Source: Saprolegnia diclina VS20
Lineage: Eukaryota
Direction: 5' to 3'
Length of the DNA stretch: 64,000 bases
NCBI RefSeq assembly: GCF_000281045.1
Contig: NW_008246081.1
Span: forward strand, 548,204 to 612,203
The translations under genes were made by a program, and so were the position numbers. Numbering within the stretch: the first letter of the stretch is position 1; each line of letters opens with the position of its first letter. Of the stretch, positions 1-12,491 are shown in pieces. Under the pieces are notes generated by a model. It worked only from the letters and a program-made list of their open reading frames with translations, did not search any database and was not told the origin of the DNA.

Positions 1-3000
1 CACACGATCTGCCAGTCGAGCTGCACGAGGTCGCACGTGGGCTCTAATGACACGGTGTGCGTCACGGGCGCAACGAACGAGAGAAGGGCGACGGTCGCCC
101 ACACGGCGACGCTGTTGAAGGTCGCGTAGTGCGCCGTGTAGGCCTGCGTGACCGCCATGGCCACGTCGTTGACGACGGCGACGAGCCACGTGACCTCGCT
201 GGCCGCGAGGATCGTCGTGTACCAAGGATTCTGCTCTGTCTGGAACGCACTTATCGACTCGTTCTCGTAGAGAAGCTGGAGCGTCGCTGTCGAGAGCACC
301 GAGAGGGCCGTGGTGGCGCGCAGCAGCAGAAGTGGTCGACCGACCCAGACGATACCGCCGACGCGACTGAGCTCGAGCATGTTGAGCCACTCAAAAGCGC
401 CGCGGCTGGTTAGGATGTAGCAGGTCACAATAACGGCAACACCGAGGAGCACGCACGTGATGTAGAGGACACCCGCGCGGGTGTAGAGTGCCACGTTGGA
501 GAGGACTTGCCACGCATTTGGAGGCTGTTGCAGCGGGCTTTCGGACTCGAGGAGCACCGTGATCGCACTGTAGTCACCCTGGAATGCGACGACTTCGCGA
601 TTTCCAAATACCCAGTCGGAGAGGAAGAGCCACGCGTAGAGCTCAAACTCCGGCGCGTTGAAGAGAGGCAGCGTCGTCAAGACGACGGGTGCCACGTCGT
701 CACGTTGCGCAAACAACGCAAACGACACGTTTCCGACCACGTCACGAGCGGCGGCGACGGTGGCAGCGCTAGCAAGGATCGATGTGTGTGTCATTTGCAT
801 TGAGATTGCGAGACCGAGGTACGCTGTGCACGCATCGAGGTTGTAGTCGTCGATCGCGCAAATCTGCGTGACGTTGGTCGCACGTGAAAGCTGCGCGAGG
901 CTCGCCGCCAAAACGAACTGGTCGCGCGACGGACGCAGCCGCGCGAGGAAGAGCGCTGCACCGTTGCACGACATACTAAACGACGTAAAGCGCGTGAGAC
1001 CGACCTCCAAAGACGCGGGGGGTAGCGCGTCCAAGCAGAGAAGCGAACCCCCCGTCACATACTCAAACGAATCCCTCCATGCCGGCGGCACGGGCCATAA
1101 TCGCAGAGTCTCAGGGATGCCGCGGCAAAGCTCTTGCGCACTTGTCTCGGTACGNNNNNNNNNNNNNNNNNNNNNNNNNNNNNNNNNNNNNNNNNNNNNN
1201 NNNNNNNNNNNNNNNNNNNNNNNNNNNNNNNNNNNNNNNNNNNNNNNNNNNNNNNNNNNNNNNNNNNNNNNNNNNNNNNNNNNNNNNNNNNNNNNNNNNN
1301 NNNNNNNNNNNNNNNNNNNNNNNNNNNNNNNNNNNNNNNNNNNNNNNNNNNNNNNNNNNNNNNNNNNNNNNNNNNNNNNNNNNNNNNNNNNNNNNNNNNN
1401 NNNNNNNNNNNNNNNNNNNNNNNNNNNNNNNNNNNNNNNNNNNNNNNNNNNNNNNNNNNNNNNNNNNNNNNNNNNNNNNNNNNNNNNNNNNNNNNNNNNN
1501 NNNNNNNNNNNNNNNNNNNNNNNNNNNNNNNNNNNNNNNNNNNNNNNNNNNNNNNNNNNNNNNNNNNNNNNNNNNNNNNNNNNNNNNNNNNNNNNNNNNN
1601 NNNNNNNNNNNNNNNNNNNNNNNNNNNNNNNNNNNNNNNNNNNNNNNNNNNNNNNNNNNNNNNNNNNNNNNNNNNNNNNNNNNNNNNNNNNNNNNNNNNN
1701 NNNNNNNNNNNNNNNNNNNNNNNNNNNNNNNNNNNNNNNNNNNNNNNNNNNNNNNNNNNNNNNNNNNNNNNNNNNNNNNNNNNNNNNNNNNNNNNNNNNN
1801 NNNNNNNNNNNNNNNNNNNNNNNNNNNNNNNNNNNNNNNNNNNNNNNNNNNNNNNNNNNNNNNNNNNNNNNNNNNNNNNNNNNNNNNNNNNNNNNNNNNN
1901 NNNNNNNNNNNNNNNNNNTCGAGGGCGCGGAGACCGGCAACGATGGCCTCGAGGCGAGTGGCAAAGACGCCGTGCTGGAGCTTGGCCGCGTAATTCAGGA
2001 CGGCGGGCACTGTGGCTGTGCTTGCGTTGAAGGGACTGAAGAGGTTGATGCTGGGCAAGGTCAAGAGGAACGGACCTTGGTGCGTTCGATTGAGCACAAG
2101 CTGCGTATTTATCCACGAGGCCAAGAAGACATGGGTGCCGGAGCTATTGAAGTGGGACCAGCAAAAGTCGTTGGCAAGATTTACCGCCGACACTTGGATA
2201 TACGAGATGCTCGCCGCGATTGTCGCTCCGAGGTACGCGAGGGCCGCAAGGGACACGACACTGCGTTGCACGTTCGATGCCGCTTGTGGAGCTGGAGACG
2301 CCAAAGCGGGTCCGGCCCACGGCTCGGGCGCTGAGCTCTTGCGCCCCAAATCGACAAAGATCCACGTCTTGATGTCAAAGAGGTATCGCTGCTCCCGCAG
2401 CGTCCACGTAAGAATGCCCGACATGAAGTAGGCAATGTCATCGTGACTTGTCTCCCCCAATCGGAGTGTGAGTAGAGCTTGCGAGATGCCACACAAGTGC
2501 AAATGGAGCTGCGGTATGAGCGCAAAAGGGACCGGTGCAACGCGCGGCGTTTGGCGCCAATGGCGCGCAAGGACGATGCTGACTAGTGTGACGCCAACAG
2601 CGATTGACAAGAGAAGTATGACGCGATAAGTGTCACCAATGCGAAGGTTGCCGCTGTGGCAGTCCAGCTGATAGTCCATATCATAGCTGATGCACGTCCG
2701 GTTCAAGCTGCCGACTGCGGTGACCGGGTACATGCCATCGATCACTAGAAAGGTCGCCCACACAAAGGCGGTACCGTATGGACTCGCGGCTCGCGTGACA
2801 GCGCCCCCCACAGCGACAAGCAGCAGCTCTTGCAGCACGTAGCAGACCCACGTGGCTTCTCCCGCGATGATCGCAGTGATCCAAAGCGGTCGCGGCGCAT
2901 ATTGCAGCTGGGTGGCGCCATCCACAGAGTTCTGGACCAGAGATAACTGCGCCGTGCTCAACATCACAAGCGCGGTCATTCCCTGCAAGAACATGAGCGG

Positions 3001-4893
3001 TCGACCACTCCAGACGGACCCGACAACGCGGTTGAAGAAGACGAGGCTGCTCCCGTCGACAGCGCCCTTGGATAGAAAGCGCACGCAAACAACCACGACG
3101 GCGAGAAGCACGCGACTCGAGATGGACGACGTGATGAGGTAGGCAACGTAGTGCGTCGCACCCTCCATGTACCGATCACCGCCGCTCGTCGGATACACGA
3201 GGGGCTCGTACATGTCCGAGACCAAGACGATGGACGAGACGTCGCCTTCGAACGAGACGACTTCGCGCCTACCGAGAATCCAGTCGTGCACGAGGAGCCA
3301 GCCAAAGAAGGTCCACGCGGCCGAGGCCGGTGCTATCATTGGCTCACGCAGAAGTCGCCACGTCCCAGAGCTGTCGATCGCAAATTGCATGAGGCTCGCG
3401 TTCGTGTGCACCATATCGATACTTGCGGCGGTCAAGACATGTGGCGGCAGTGTGATGTTGGGTGCTACGATAATGCTCTCCAAGAGAATCTTCGCACAGA
3501 CCGGCGCGTCGGCCGTGACGGCGCAGATCGCACTGGCATTGGCAAGATCCCAGAGACGCGCAAAGAGCATTCCATACGTAGTCATGTTGATCGTGAACGG
3601 AGCATTCCCAGAACAGTCGTCGGTGTAGCTGAACGGGTGCTGCACGTAGGGTGTAAACCGAGGCAGTGAGAGGCACGCGGGGTTGCCGCCCATGTAGGCA
3701 AGCGGCGTTGTCTTCCATGCCGGCGGTGTCGGTGTGACGAGAACAGACGCGGTAGGCACTGTGGCGTTGGCCAGGAGCGCTTGAAACGCATAGTAGACAG
3801 CCATGACAGACGGCGGAACGCCCACGAGATATAAATCGATCGAGACGTACGGCCCGACGCGGTTGTGGAACGTGGCCAGCGGCTCGGAGAGTCCACCTGT
3901 TGCGTTGAGGAGCTGATCGAGCTCTTCCCAGTCCGTGGGGCCGATCCAGTTGTCGCTGTGTCGCACGAGGCTCATGTTGTAGAGCTTGGCGACGTCCCAG
4001 TCGTTGTTGGGACCCCAGTAGAGGTTGACGGAGGTTTGCGGTCCTGGTTGGTGGTGCAGCGCTTTGATGCTAAAGACATGGTCCATCCCAAGTGCGTTCG
4101 TGATCGAAAACGACTCGGAGAGTCCCGTTTGGACGTTGTTTTGCCAATTGAGTTGAAATCGCGTGAAGTTGTGGGCCGACCAGTAGGCGACTTCCGCGCT
4201 TATGGACGTGCTAGCGCGGGCTGCTGCTGTCGTCTGCAGCCAGCGGCGCCCGGCCGGGGTCTCTTCGAGCGCGAGCTGAATGGCCAACGTAAACATCCCG
4301 CCGGGTCCTCCCCATGTCGCGATAAATTCGTCCCAAACAACGTTCCGGAGCGTGGCCTCGACGTGCACGGCTGCATTGCGCAGGTAGTTGCGACTGCAGC
4401 GCCGCTGCCGCCTCGTTGTGTGGGCAAGCTCGAACGTCCGGTTAAAGTCGACCCAGCAGTGCTGTACGTTCATGTAGGGCGCCCAGAACGCACCCAGAGC
4501 TCGGAGATTCGTGACTGCGTACTCTAGCGTCGTGAGCTCGACGAGCGCGAGCCGGCGTGCGTACGTGGCAAGAAAGGTCGTACTCGAAGCCGCCGCACTG
4601 TAGCGCTTGTCGATTGTCAATTGCAAAAGGTCCAAAGAGCCATTGGGCCGTGTCTGAAGCGCGTCGTTGGCCACGTCGACGAGAAAAGCTTCGTAGCCCG
4701 TCGCATTGTAGCGTGGCCACCACAGATCGTTGGCAAAGCTCTCGGTGAGCACCTGCACATACAATAGACTGCAACCCATCGATATGGCGAGGTAGGCGAC
4801 GCCAAGAAGAACGTGGCACCGAGGCGACCACGGCGTTGGCCAACGAACGCGGGGCGGCGGTCGCAGCGCTCGACTTGTCGGGCCATCCGCCAT
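1..4893 (-). CDS. Giant uncharacterised multi-pass membrane protein built from two ~850-aa units; 3' end runs off the window, interrupted by an N gap
   Basis: ATG at 4893, open reading frame to the gap. Unit 1 motifs: ANDLWW, WLLVHDWILGRREVVSFEGD, GSVWSGRPLMFL. Unit 2 begins NLANDFCW near 2170. An unlisted open frame from 1154 to 1 gives WLFLSDWVFGNREVVAFQGD and GIVWVGRPLLLLRATTALSVLSTATL. Resembles a family expanded in Saprolegniales (from recall). Confidence 0.85.
1155..1918. other. Assembly gap (764 N)
   Basis: Run of N. Comparison with unit 1 suggests roughly 700 nt of coding sequence is missing; the reading frame differs by 1 nt across the gap. Confidence 0.99.
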
Positions 4894-5190
4894 CACAAAC
4901 AGCCTTTCCAGTCGCCGCCGTTTCGGTGCGTAACGCTAATGAATGTGGCCTTTCGGACATTGCAGTCCAGCAATGACTTGCATTTTTGCCACAGAATACA
5001 CTCTAGCAACGCGTCGGGGCCATGCTTTCAACTCTCCCATGGGCGTGCGGCGGGATGAACACTTGGCAGAACCACGTCGCGGCGCCTCCTGCAGCGCCCT
5101 CTGCGGCCAAGTTGAAGTTGCCCTTTCCAAGATCGCGCCGGTTGGCTGCACCCTATCCGGACGCTGGCCGCTCGCAATGCAGAAGTGGAT

Positions 5191-6133
5191 ATGCGGCTGA
5201 TCATCGCCCCAGACGCGGCCCGCGTCGGCGACTGGGTCGCTGCGTACGTTGTGCAACGCATCAAGGACTTTGGTCCGACCGCCGACCGCCCCTTCGTGCT
5301 CGGTACGACCTCGCCTGGTGCTGTGGGCTGAGGCGATGCTAGGCCTGCCCACTGGCAGCTCGCCCCTGCCTACCTACAAGCGCCTCGTGGCGCTCTTCCG
5401 CGAGGGCAAAATCTCGTTCAAACATGTCGTGACGTTCAACATGGACGAGTACGTCAACCTGCCCGAGGAGCACCCCGAGAGCTACCATACGTTCATGTGG
5501 TCCAACTTTTTCAAGCACATTGACATTCCGCCGGCCAACGTCCACATTCTCAACGGCAACGCGCCCAATCTCGAGCAAGAGTGCGCTGCGTACGAGGCCA
5601 AGATCGCCGCTGTCGGCGGCATCGAGCTCTTCCTTGGCGGCATCGGCCCCGACGGGCACATTGCGTTCAACGAGCCAGGGTCGTCCTTGGCGTCGCGCAC
5701 GCGCGTCAAGACGCTGGTGCGTCGGAAACTGCAGATTCGCGTCATGCTATCTATGAGCTGTAGGCGTACGACACCATCGTTGCCAACTCGCGCTTCTTTG
5801 GCGGCGACATGGCGCAGGTGCCCAAGATGGCGCTCACGGTGGGCGTGGCCACCGTCATGGACGCTCGCGAGGTGCTCGTGATCATCACAGGCCACTCCAA
5901 GGCCTACGCGCTATACAAGTGCATCGAAGAGGGCGTCAACCACATGTGGACCGTGTCCTCCATTCAGCTCCATGCCAAGGCCGTGATTGGTAGGCCATCA
6001 CCACGCTCCCTTAATTGCTACATTGCCTCTAGTGTGCGACGAAGATGCGACGCTCGAGCTCAAGGTCAAGACGGTCAAGTACTTCAAGGGCCTCCACGAG
6101 ACCCACGAGCGCATGATCAAGGACAGTGCGTAG
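5191..6133 (+). CDS. GNPDA: Glucosamine-6-phosphate deaminase (4 exons; introns 5303-5342, 5717-5763, 5990-6032)
   Basis: Spliced product MRLII...[14 protein letters not shown]...[10 protein letters not shown]...[21 protein letters not shown]...[13 protein letters not shown]...[18 protein letters not shown], all NagB/GNPDA hallmarks. Canonical GT-AG introns restore the frame. Confidence 0.97.
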
Positions 6134-6304
6134 CGCCGATGACGAGTTAACTCCAGGAAGGGTCTTGTGCTTGATGTCTTGTCACTTGAACAAATCAAAA
6201 TTGGGCAAGGTTCCTAGAATAGGCTTTATCCGAATCTCAACGGCGGTGTCCGAAATATGAGTTAGAAATTGGGACGTGCTACTGGCCGCTGGTCCAAGAG
6301 CAGG

Positions 6305-7781
6305 ATGGAGCCGCGCCAGAAGGACGAGAAGAAGCGCAGCCGCGACGAGGAGACGAAGAAGGCGATGGACCGGCGGAAGATCCAGAAGTACAAGGACGAC
6401 AAGCTCAAGGAGCGCAAGGAGCACACGCGCAAGGTGCTCGAGCTCCAGGCGCAGGAGAAGCGCCGGGTGCTCCTCGGGCGCCAGTCCGAGTTCCTCGGGA
6501 CGCTCGAGTTCCGCAACACGCTGCCCGACATGCCCTTCGATGCCAAGTTCGTCACGTACCCGCAGGACCCGCAGCGCTTCATCAAGTACAAGCCCAACCA
6601 GCTCGAGAAGGACTTTGTCTGGGACTTTTACCCCGAGCGCAACCTCGGCGTGGCCGTCGACCTCATCGACCCGGAGAAGTACGAGGTTCCTGTGGGTGCC
6701 CAAATGGACCCGGAAGATGAAGCGCTCATGAAGATGCCCGAGATCGTCAACGGCGCGAGCCTCACGAAGGCCAAGATCCGCCCGCATGTCTCGTGGCTGC
6801 GCCGTACCGAGTACATGGCTACGGATCTCAGCGAGGCCGTCCACGCGGTACTGATCATAGCTACCTCGTACCGTGGGCTCATGCGTCAAGTAGTTTAAAA
6901 ACGAAAGCGAGCTCCAGACCGAGATCCGCGACAAGAACCAGTCGATGCTCCAGGTCATCAAGGACATTGAAGTCCGCGCGGAAGAGTCGTTTGTAAACTG
7001 CCCGACCAAGGAAACGGTCAAGCATCCGCTCAAGAAGAACCTCAAAGCCGCCGAGGTCTGGGACGTCTTCCCGGACGAGCTCCTCTCGAGCAACGTGTAC
7101 TCAATCCTCTCGTACGACATTTTGCCCTCGGAGGAGACGACCGACGCCAGCATCAAGGAACGCGAAGCTCGGTCCATCTTGCGCAACGTCGTCACGGTCT
7201 CGCAGCCTGGCAGCGACGTTCTCCTCGGCTCGGTCCTCTTCCCGTCCGCCCACGACGACGTACAGTCATCCTCTCGGTTCCCTGACAGCGAGCTTATCCT
7301 CCGTAGAACTCGGACGACGAAGGGACGGAAAAGTTCAAGTTTTTTCGCGACTACATTCTCAACATCTCGCATGTACCCGATCAACTTCAGTCATGGGATG
7401 CTAACACGCCCTTTCTAGTTCCCCAACGACGTGCAGCAACTCATGCTCATGCTCAAGCCGGGTGCATCCGCAGCCACCTACTGCGGTCTCTCGACCAACA
7501 TTATGCTCAAGAAGACCAAGGTACGCTCCCAGCCGCATGTAGTTAGTTGCTCATGGAACGTGTAGCTTGGTGGTGACGAGAAGCGCCGTCGGGGGGCTGT
7601 CGTCCACCGCCGTCCGTACTCGGAGGCGGAGGAAGAGAAGCGCCTGGAAGGCCTCATGGCGGTTGGCGGTGTCTACGACGAAAGTCTCAACTCGCTCGTG
7701 TCGGCGCCCCGGTCGCCGGCAGCACCGCTCGGTCTCCAGGACATTGGCAGTCCCGACGTCAGCGGCTCTGATAGCGACTAA
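6305..7781 (+). CDS. PAF1: RNA polymerase II-associated factor 1 (multi-exon)
   Basis: EFLGTLEFRNTLPDMPFDAKFVTYP, NLGVAVDLIDPEKY, VSWLRRTEYM and KHPLKKNLKAAEVWDVFPD match Paf1. The last exon ends SGSDSD* at 7781. Confidence 0.9.
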
Positions 7782-7835
7782 TGCTTCGCGAAGAAGCATC
7801 CAATCTGATACATATTTGTCTTTTTCTTTCAGAGC

Positions 7836-9676
7836 TTAGACCATCATGGAGCGGCAGAGTTGGTAAAAGGCTGCATATTCGTCGGGTGTCATGCGCGTGA
7901 GGTCGTCGTCCGTGAGCTTCACGATGGGTGTCGGACAGCCGTTGACAGACACCATGACGGACTGCTGCTCCTCGTCATAGGTATCGTCTTGCGTCGAGTC
8001 GCACCACTCCCACTCCTAGGCCCATGTCAATCCCTCGTCACGCGACAGCGATCGTGCGTACCATGTCTTCGAGGTCTTCGTCCTCTTTCGAGGCCGCGTC
8101 GACCCACTTGTTGCCACTCACAGAGTCCCACACGACCTCGGCCGCGTTGATCTCGTTGTACCGCTCCATTTCGCGCTTGTATGCCTCACGGAAGGCTTCC
8201 TCGCGCATCTCCGCCTCGCGGGACGAGAGGCCCATACTGACACCGGCGTTGAGGCTCGCGGCCGACGCACTGGTTGCGAGGACCTCGGGAATCGCGTTCT
8301 TCTTGTACTTGGCAGCCATGTTGTCGCTCATCTTGCTGCCCATGATAAACTCGGGCATCGCCGGCCCCGAGTTGGCCGTTTGGAGCTTGATTTCTTCCTT
8401 CTACATGGCTCGGTTCAAGATGACGATGTCGATCGCTTGGTATCGTACCGGCTTGTTGGGGTTGAGCGTCGAGTACTCATCCTGGTTGGCGTTTTCAGCA
8501 ATGTCGATCACGATCTTGGCATCCTATGCGACACCCAGCGTCAACTATTCTGATGGCTCGACGACGCGCAACGAACCTCAAACTTGCCGTAGAGGCCCGA
8601 GGTCTTTTCGTCGCCACCACGGTTGCCACCAGGACCCCCACCGCCACCACCGCCGCCACCGCCATTGCGGCCGTTCATCTTGGCCGTGGACGCGCCGCCG
8701 ATACCAGCGGCGCGGTTCTCGCTCGGCAGATTGCTAACATAAAAAGTCGGATTTTGTCATATAGAATATTCGTACGGACCTTGGGAGGGCCTGGCCCGAG
8801 TTTTGCCACTCGCTAATACGCGCCAAGCACTCGTAGATGCCATCGTGCATGTCTTCTTGGCGGTTGAGCTGGACCTTAAACTACACCACAAGTAATCCAT
8901 AAGGCCCTTGCAGTGCTGAAGGGTCCTCACCTTGGCCAGGAGCCCCTTGATCGTTTGAAGCTTCTCGTTGTTGTCACACTAGACGCGGGGTGTGAGGAGC
9001 GTAAAAACGGTACACCAAAAGGTCGTACCTCGACGAGCTTGAAGTTGCAATGACCGCAGTGGAACTCGTAGACATCGGGCGTGAGGAGAAGCTGCGCCTC
9101 GAGGGCCGTGTACTCGCGTCCGCAGTCATCGTTGGAGCACCGAAAGGTCTGCCGCTCAATCTCGAGCTGCTCGCTCTCCTTGAGATGGTGCGCGATGATG
9201 TACAGGCGGTAGCGCACGACGTTGACAAAGTGCTTGTAGTCGATGTACCTGCATGTGCTTTAGCTGCAGGATTTCGCCATTAGCTGTGCGTACCAATACG
9301 TCGCCTTGGACGCGCCCCCGAGCTTCTTGTCGTTGAGCTCCTCGCTACAGGCCAGGGTCAGTGCTTCGCCGGTGAGGCCACTCGCACCGAGAGATCATGT
9401 CTTCCTTCTCGAGATCATGGCAGATCTTGCGCACTTGCTTTGTCTGGAGGTTCACTGCGTTGCCCATCTCGTCGTCCTAGGGCCGATCGACGTCATGCGC
9501 TGCTGCCCATAGCGTGGTGGGTACCTTTAGGAAGCGCTCGCGCAGGAGAGCTTCAAGCACGACGATATGCTCGTCCGAGTAGAAGGCCCTAGCGTCCATG
9601 AGCATGCAAAGAAGACGCTTCCGTCGTCCATGTACCGAGCGATGAGTCGGACGAGCTTCTCGACTAGCGCCGCCAT
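7836..9676 (-). CDS. GTF2E1: General transcription factor IIE alpha subunit (many short introns)
   Basis: Spliced product MAALVEKLVRLIARAFYSDEHIVVLEALLRERFLKDDEM...YWYIDYKHFVNVVRYRL, zinc ribbon CSNDDC...CGHC, and C-terminal LTRMTPDEYAAF. Confidence 0.92.
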
Positions 9677-10029
9677 GCCGCCCCAGAATCTCCTGTGTGG
9701 TGTGGGCCGGATGGAAATCCGGATACTGCTTGCACGAGAAGTGTATTTCTCACATGTGTCTTCGTGTGTTTTAAACACGTGATACAAAACACAAGTACAG
9801 ATCCACGCTCTCCCGTATCCGGCAAACATTATGCGGATGATGGCGCTGGCCCTTTTCCGAGTTTAACGCGCGTGTTTTTAGATCGTTGCGAGCTTTATCC
9901 GGACGATCTTGGGCGCCAAATGCGTGTGATTTGCGAGCAGGTCAAAGTTCTCATCTGCTTGTATTTGTTGGTCTTATCAAGGTCATAAATTTACCGCCAT
10001 GGTCTTTTCTTAGTTGGAAGACTTTTCTT

Positions 10030-10617
10030 CTACTTGTTAGCTACTCGTGCTGCCGTCGGTGGCGACAGAATATCCCCTGCCCGGGACCAGGCAAGCGATA
10101 GGATGAACTCCGGCTCGGGGCTATAGATCGAGTTGGCTTCGCGGTACACCTCGATTGCGCCCAGCTTTTCGTAGAAGCGACAGGCGCGAACGTTCTTGAG
10201 GAAGACGTTGCAAAAGATGGGTGCATCTACTGGGATTTCGAACGCGCGGAGAGCCTCCTGGAAAAGCTTCTTTGCGATGCCTTGACCGTGGTAACCAGCG
10301 TGGACGTAGATGCACCGAAGCTCGTACGTGTAGAGGTCCTTGATGGCCGCGGGTTTCTGGCGCGTCGTGCCCACGGTGCAAGCGCCAGCGACAACCTCAG
10401 TGCCGTCGTCACGCGTGTCCACAGCAACCATGAGCACCATGCTCGAGCTTGGGTTCGGCTTCGACAAGAGCTCTTGGAACCGGGGCAAGTGACTTCGGTT
10501 TTGCTCGTCGACAAACGACGACGGTAAGAAGCTCGAGAACGCAGTCCAGCCCTCGGCGACGACAGCAGCGACGCCCGGCGCGTCGGCCAAGGTGGCCGGT
10601 CGAAGCACAATTGTCAT
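10030..10617 (-). CDS. GNAT family N-acetyltransferase (intronless)
   Basis: LRPATLADA N-terminus, ELRCIYVHAGYHGQGIAKKL (acetyl-CoA motif A) and N.RACRFYEKLG. Confidence 0.9.
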   Translation of the reverse strand: MTIVLRPATLADAPGVAAVVAEGWTAFSSFLPSSFVDEQNRSHLPRFQELLSKPNPSSSMVLMVAVDTRDDGTEVVAGACTVGTTRQKPAAIKDLYTYELRCIYVHAGYHGQGIAKKLFQEALRAFEIPVDAPIFCNVFLKNVRACRFYEKLGAIEVYREANSIYSPEPEFILSLAWSRAGDILSPPTAARVANK

Positions 10618-11000
10618 GGAATGAACGGTGGTCGTGAAAATGGAATGTGACGATCTTCTACTCGAGCGGTTTCAGCGTCCCACGGGCTGTCGACCACGCA
10701 AACGATCTTGTCGCTCCAAAGTGGGGCAGAAGATTCTGGAAACCAGCGACATCAGTCGCCGTCTGTTGCGTTTGACACGTCACGACGACGACAACGAGGC
10801 GGCGAGGCGTGTACAGTAGTTTGACAGCCAGTTTGACCATTGAGTTATGACTGTTCTATAAAATGGCGCAAGGACGGACACGCATCTGGTGGGATGGTCA
10901 AGTCTGCGCAAAGATCGCTATGCCACGTGTTGCATACATTTGTATTACCTTCAAGTCGTCTGGAAAGCTCCTTCATTCATTACAAGGTCTCTAGCGCCAT

Positions 11001-12427
11001 ATGGTTGGTAGTGAAGCCACCAGGAACAACGGCACGGTTCTGCGGCCTCGCCACGACCTTTCAGCGCGACGACGCTTTCTGTTGGGCCCGCTCGAGCTGC
11101 TCTCAGCGTCGCGATGGCTGCCAATCACGCTTGTGTACGCCAGTGTCATCGCCACGGACGATCTCCAGGAGGCCATTCGAACGGCGCTGGATGCGTTTCC
11201 CATCTTTGCTGGACGATTGCAATGGCACACGGGCAAAGACCACCGAGCGGTGCGACTGGCGGTCGAGCTGGACAACGACCAATGTGGGATCCCGTTCCAT
11301 ACACAAGTCTCGGAGCTACACCTCGATGCGGTGGCTCTCTCACCAACCGCGACAATGTGGCAGGTCCGGCGGCCGCTCAGCAAGCTTTTTGCAAATCCGA
11401 CGCACGCGACCTCGGTGCGCGCGATGGTCCAGCAGTCGACGCCATTAGTGTTTATCACGGTGACGCACCTTGCGGATCACTCGGGCTCAGTGCTGTCGAT
11501 TGAGTTTGCCCATTGCCTTGGGGACGCCGCGTCGTTCTACCATTTTCTCTCGCTTGTTGCGGACGCGGCACAACATGTACGACGTCCAGACAGCGTCATC
11601 GACTGGAGCGGACCCTATACTCACTTGCACGCGCGTCTCTCGCGCGTGACGCCGTCGACGTCATGGCTCTTTGTGACGCCTCACGCGTCCCGGCCGGCCG
11701 CCCGTGCCCCCGGCGACCTCTGCGTACAAGGGCTCGTGTTTTGGCTCTCGCCTGACGAAATCAACGCGCTCAAGGCATCGGCTAACTTTCCGCGCGCGAG
11801 CACAAACGACGTCGTATCTGCATTCTGCTGGCAGCTAGTTGCGAGCCAAGACGCGACCAAGGCCACGTACCTCCGCGTCCTCGTCAATGTCCGCTCCGTG
11901 TTCCGTCCCCCGCTGCCAGCCACCACCATTGGCAACATGATTTACGCCGTGCATGTCCCGCCGCCATCGAAGAATGACGTGGCGGCGCTGGCGTCTGCGT
12001 GTCGTTTGGCAATCGAATCGGCCAAGGAGTCCGCAGTCAGTGACATTGCAGCCGTCTACGAGAAAGCCGCGTCGTGGTCTAAGCTCTATTGGCACGCGCC
12101 CGAGGCTGCGGATGTGGTCGTGTCGACCACGAACCTCTCTCGCTACAACTTTACGCAGCTGCAAATGCCCACGCAAGGTCCGCGCCTCTCGTCTCAAAGC
12201 GTATTCAGAGACGCGGAGGAGTTTTTGTAGGCGGCTTTGCTTCCGCGGTGGACCAGCTTGAGACGGCGAACGGCGGGTTCCTTCATTTCTTTCAAGTGTT
12301 TGCCGATGCACGGGGTGGTGTCCGCGTTGTCGCGCATGTCGCACCTGCCCACGTCGCGGCGTGCACGGCCGAGCTAACGGCGCTGCGGCACCGTCTCGCG
12401 TCGCATATACCTAGCCATGGACAATAA
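11001..12427 (+). CDS. HXXXD-motif CoA-dependent acyltransferase (Transferase/BAHD-like); intron ~12178-12230
   Basis: ALDAFPIFAGRL, HCLGDAASF, STNDVVSAFCW and IGNM motifs. A GT...TAG intron joins a final exon ending at 12427. Confidence 0.8.
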
Positions 12428-12491
12428 CGACCAATTGACATCAAAGAGCAAAACACGTGTATGTTGGTTGCTAGTATGTTCAAGTTGTCAT

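Noticed and set aside
868..2334. ORFs spanning the N run and the apparent frameshift in the membrane protein
   Set aside because: Artefacts of translating through a gap of estimated length.
5249..6150. Split nagB and other split genes as pseudogenes or programmed frameshifts
   Set aside because: The breaks I traced are explained by canonical short GT-AG introns.
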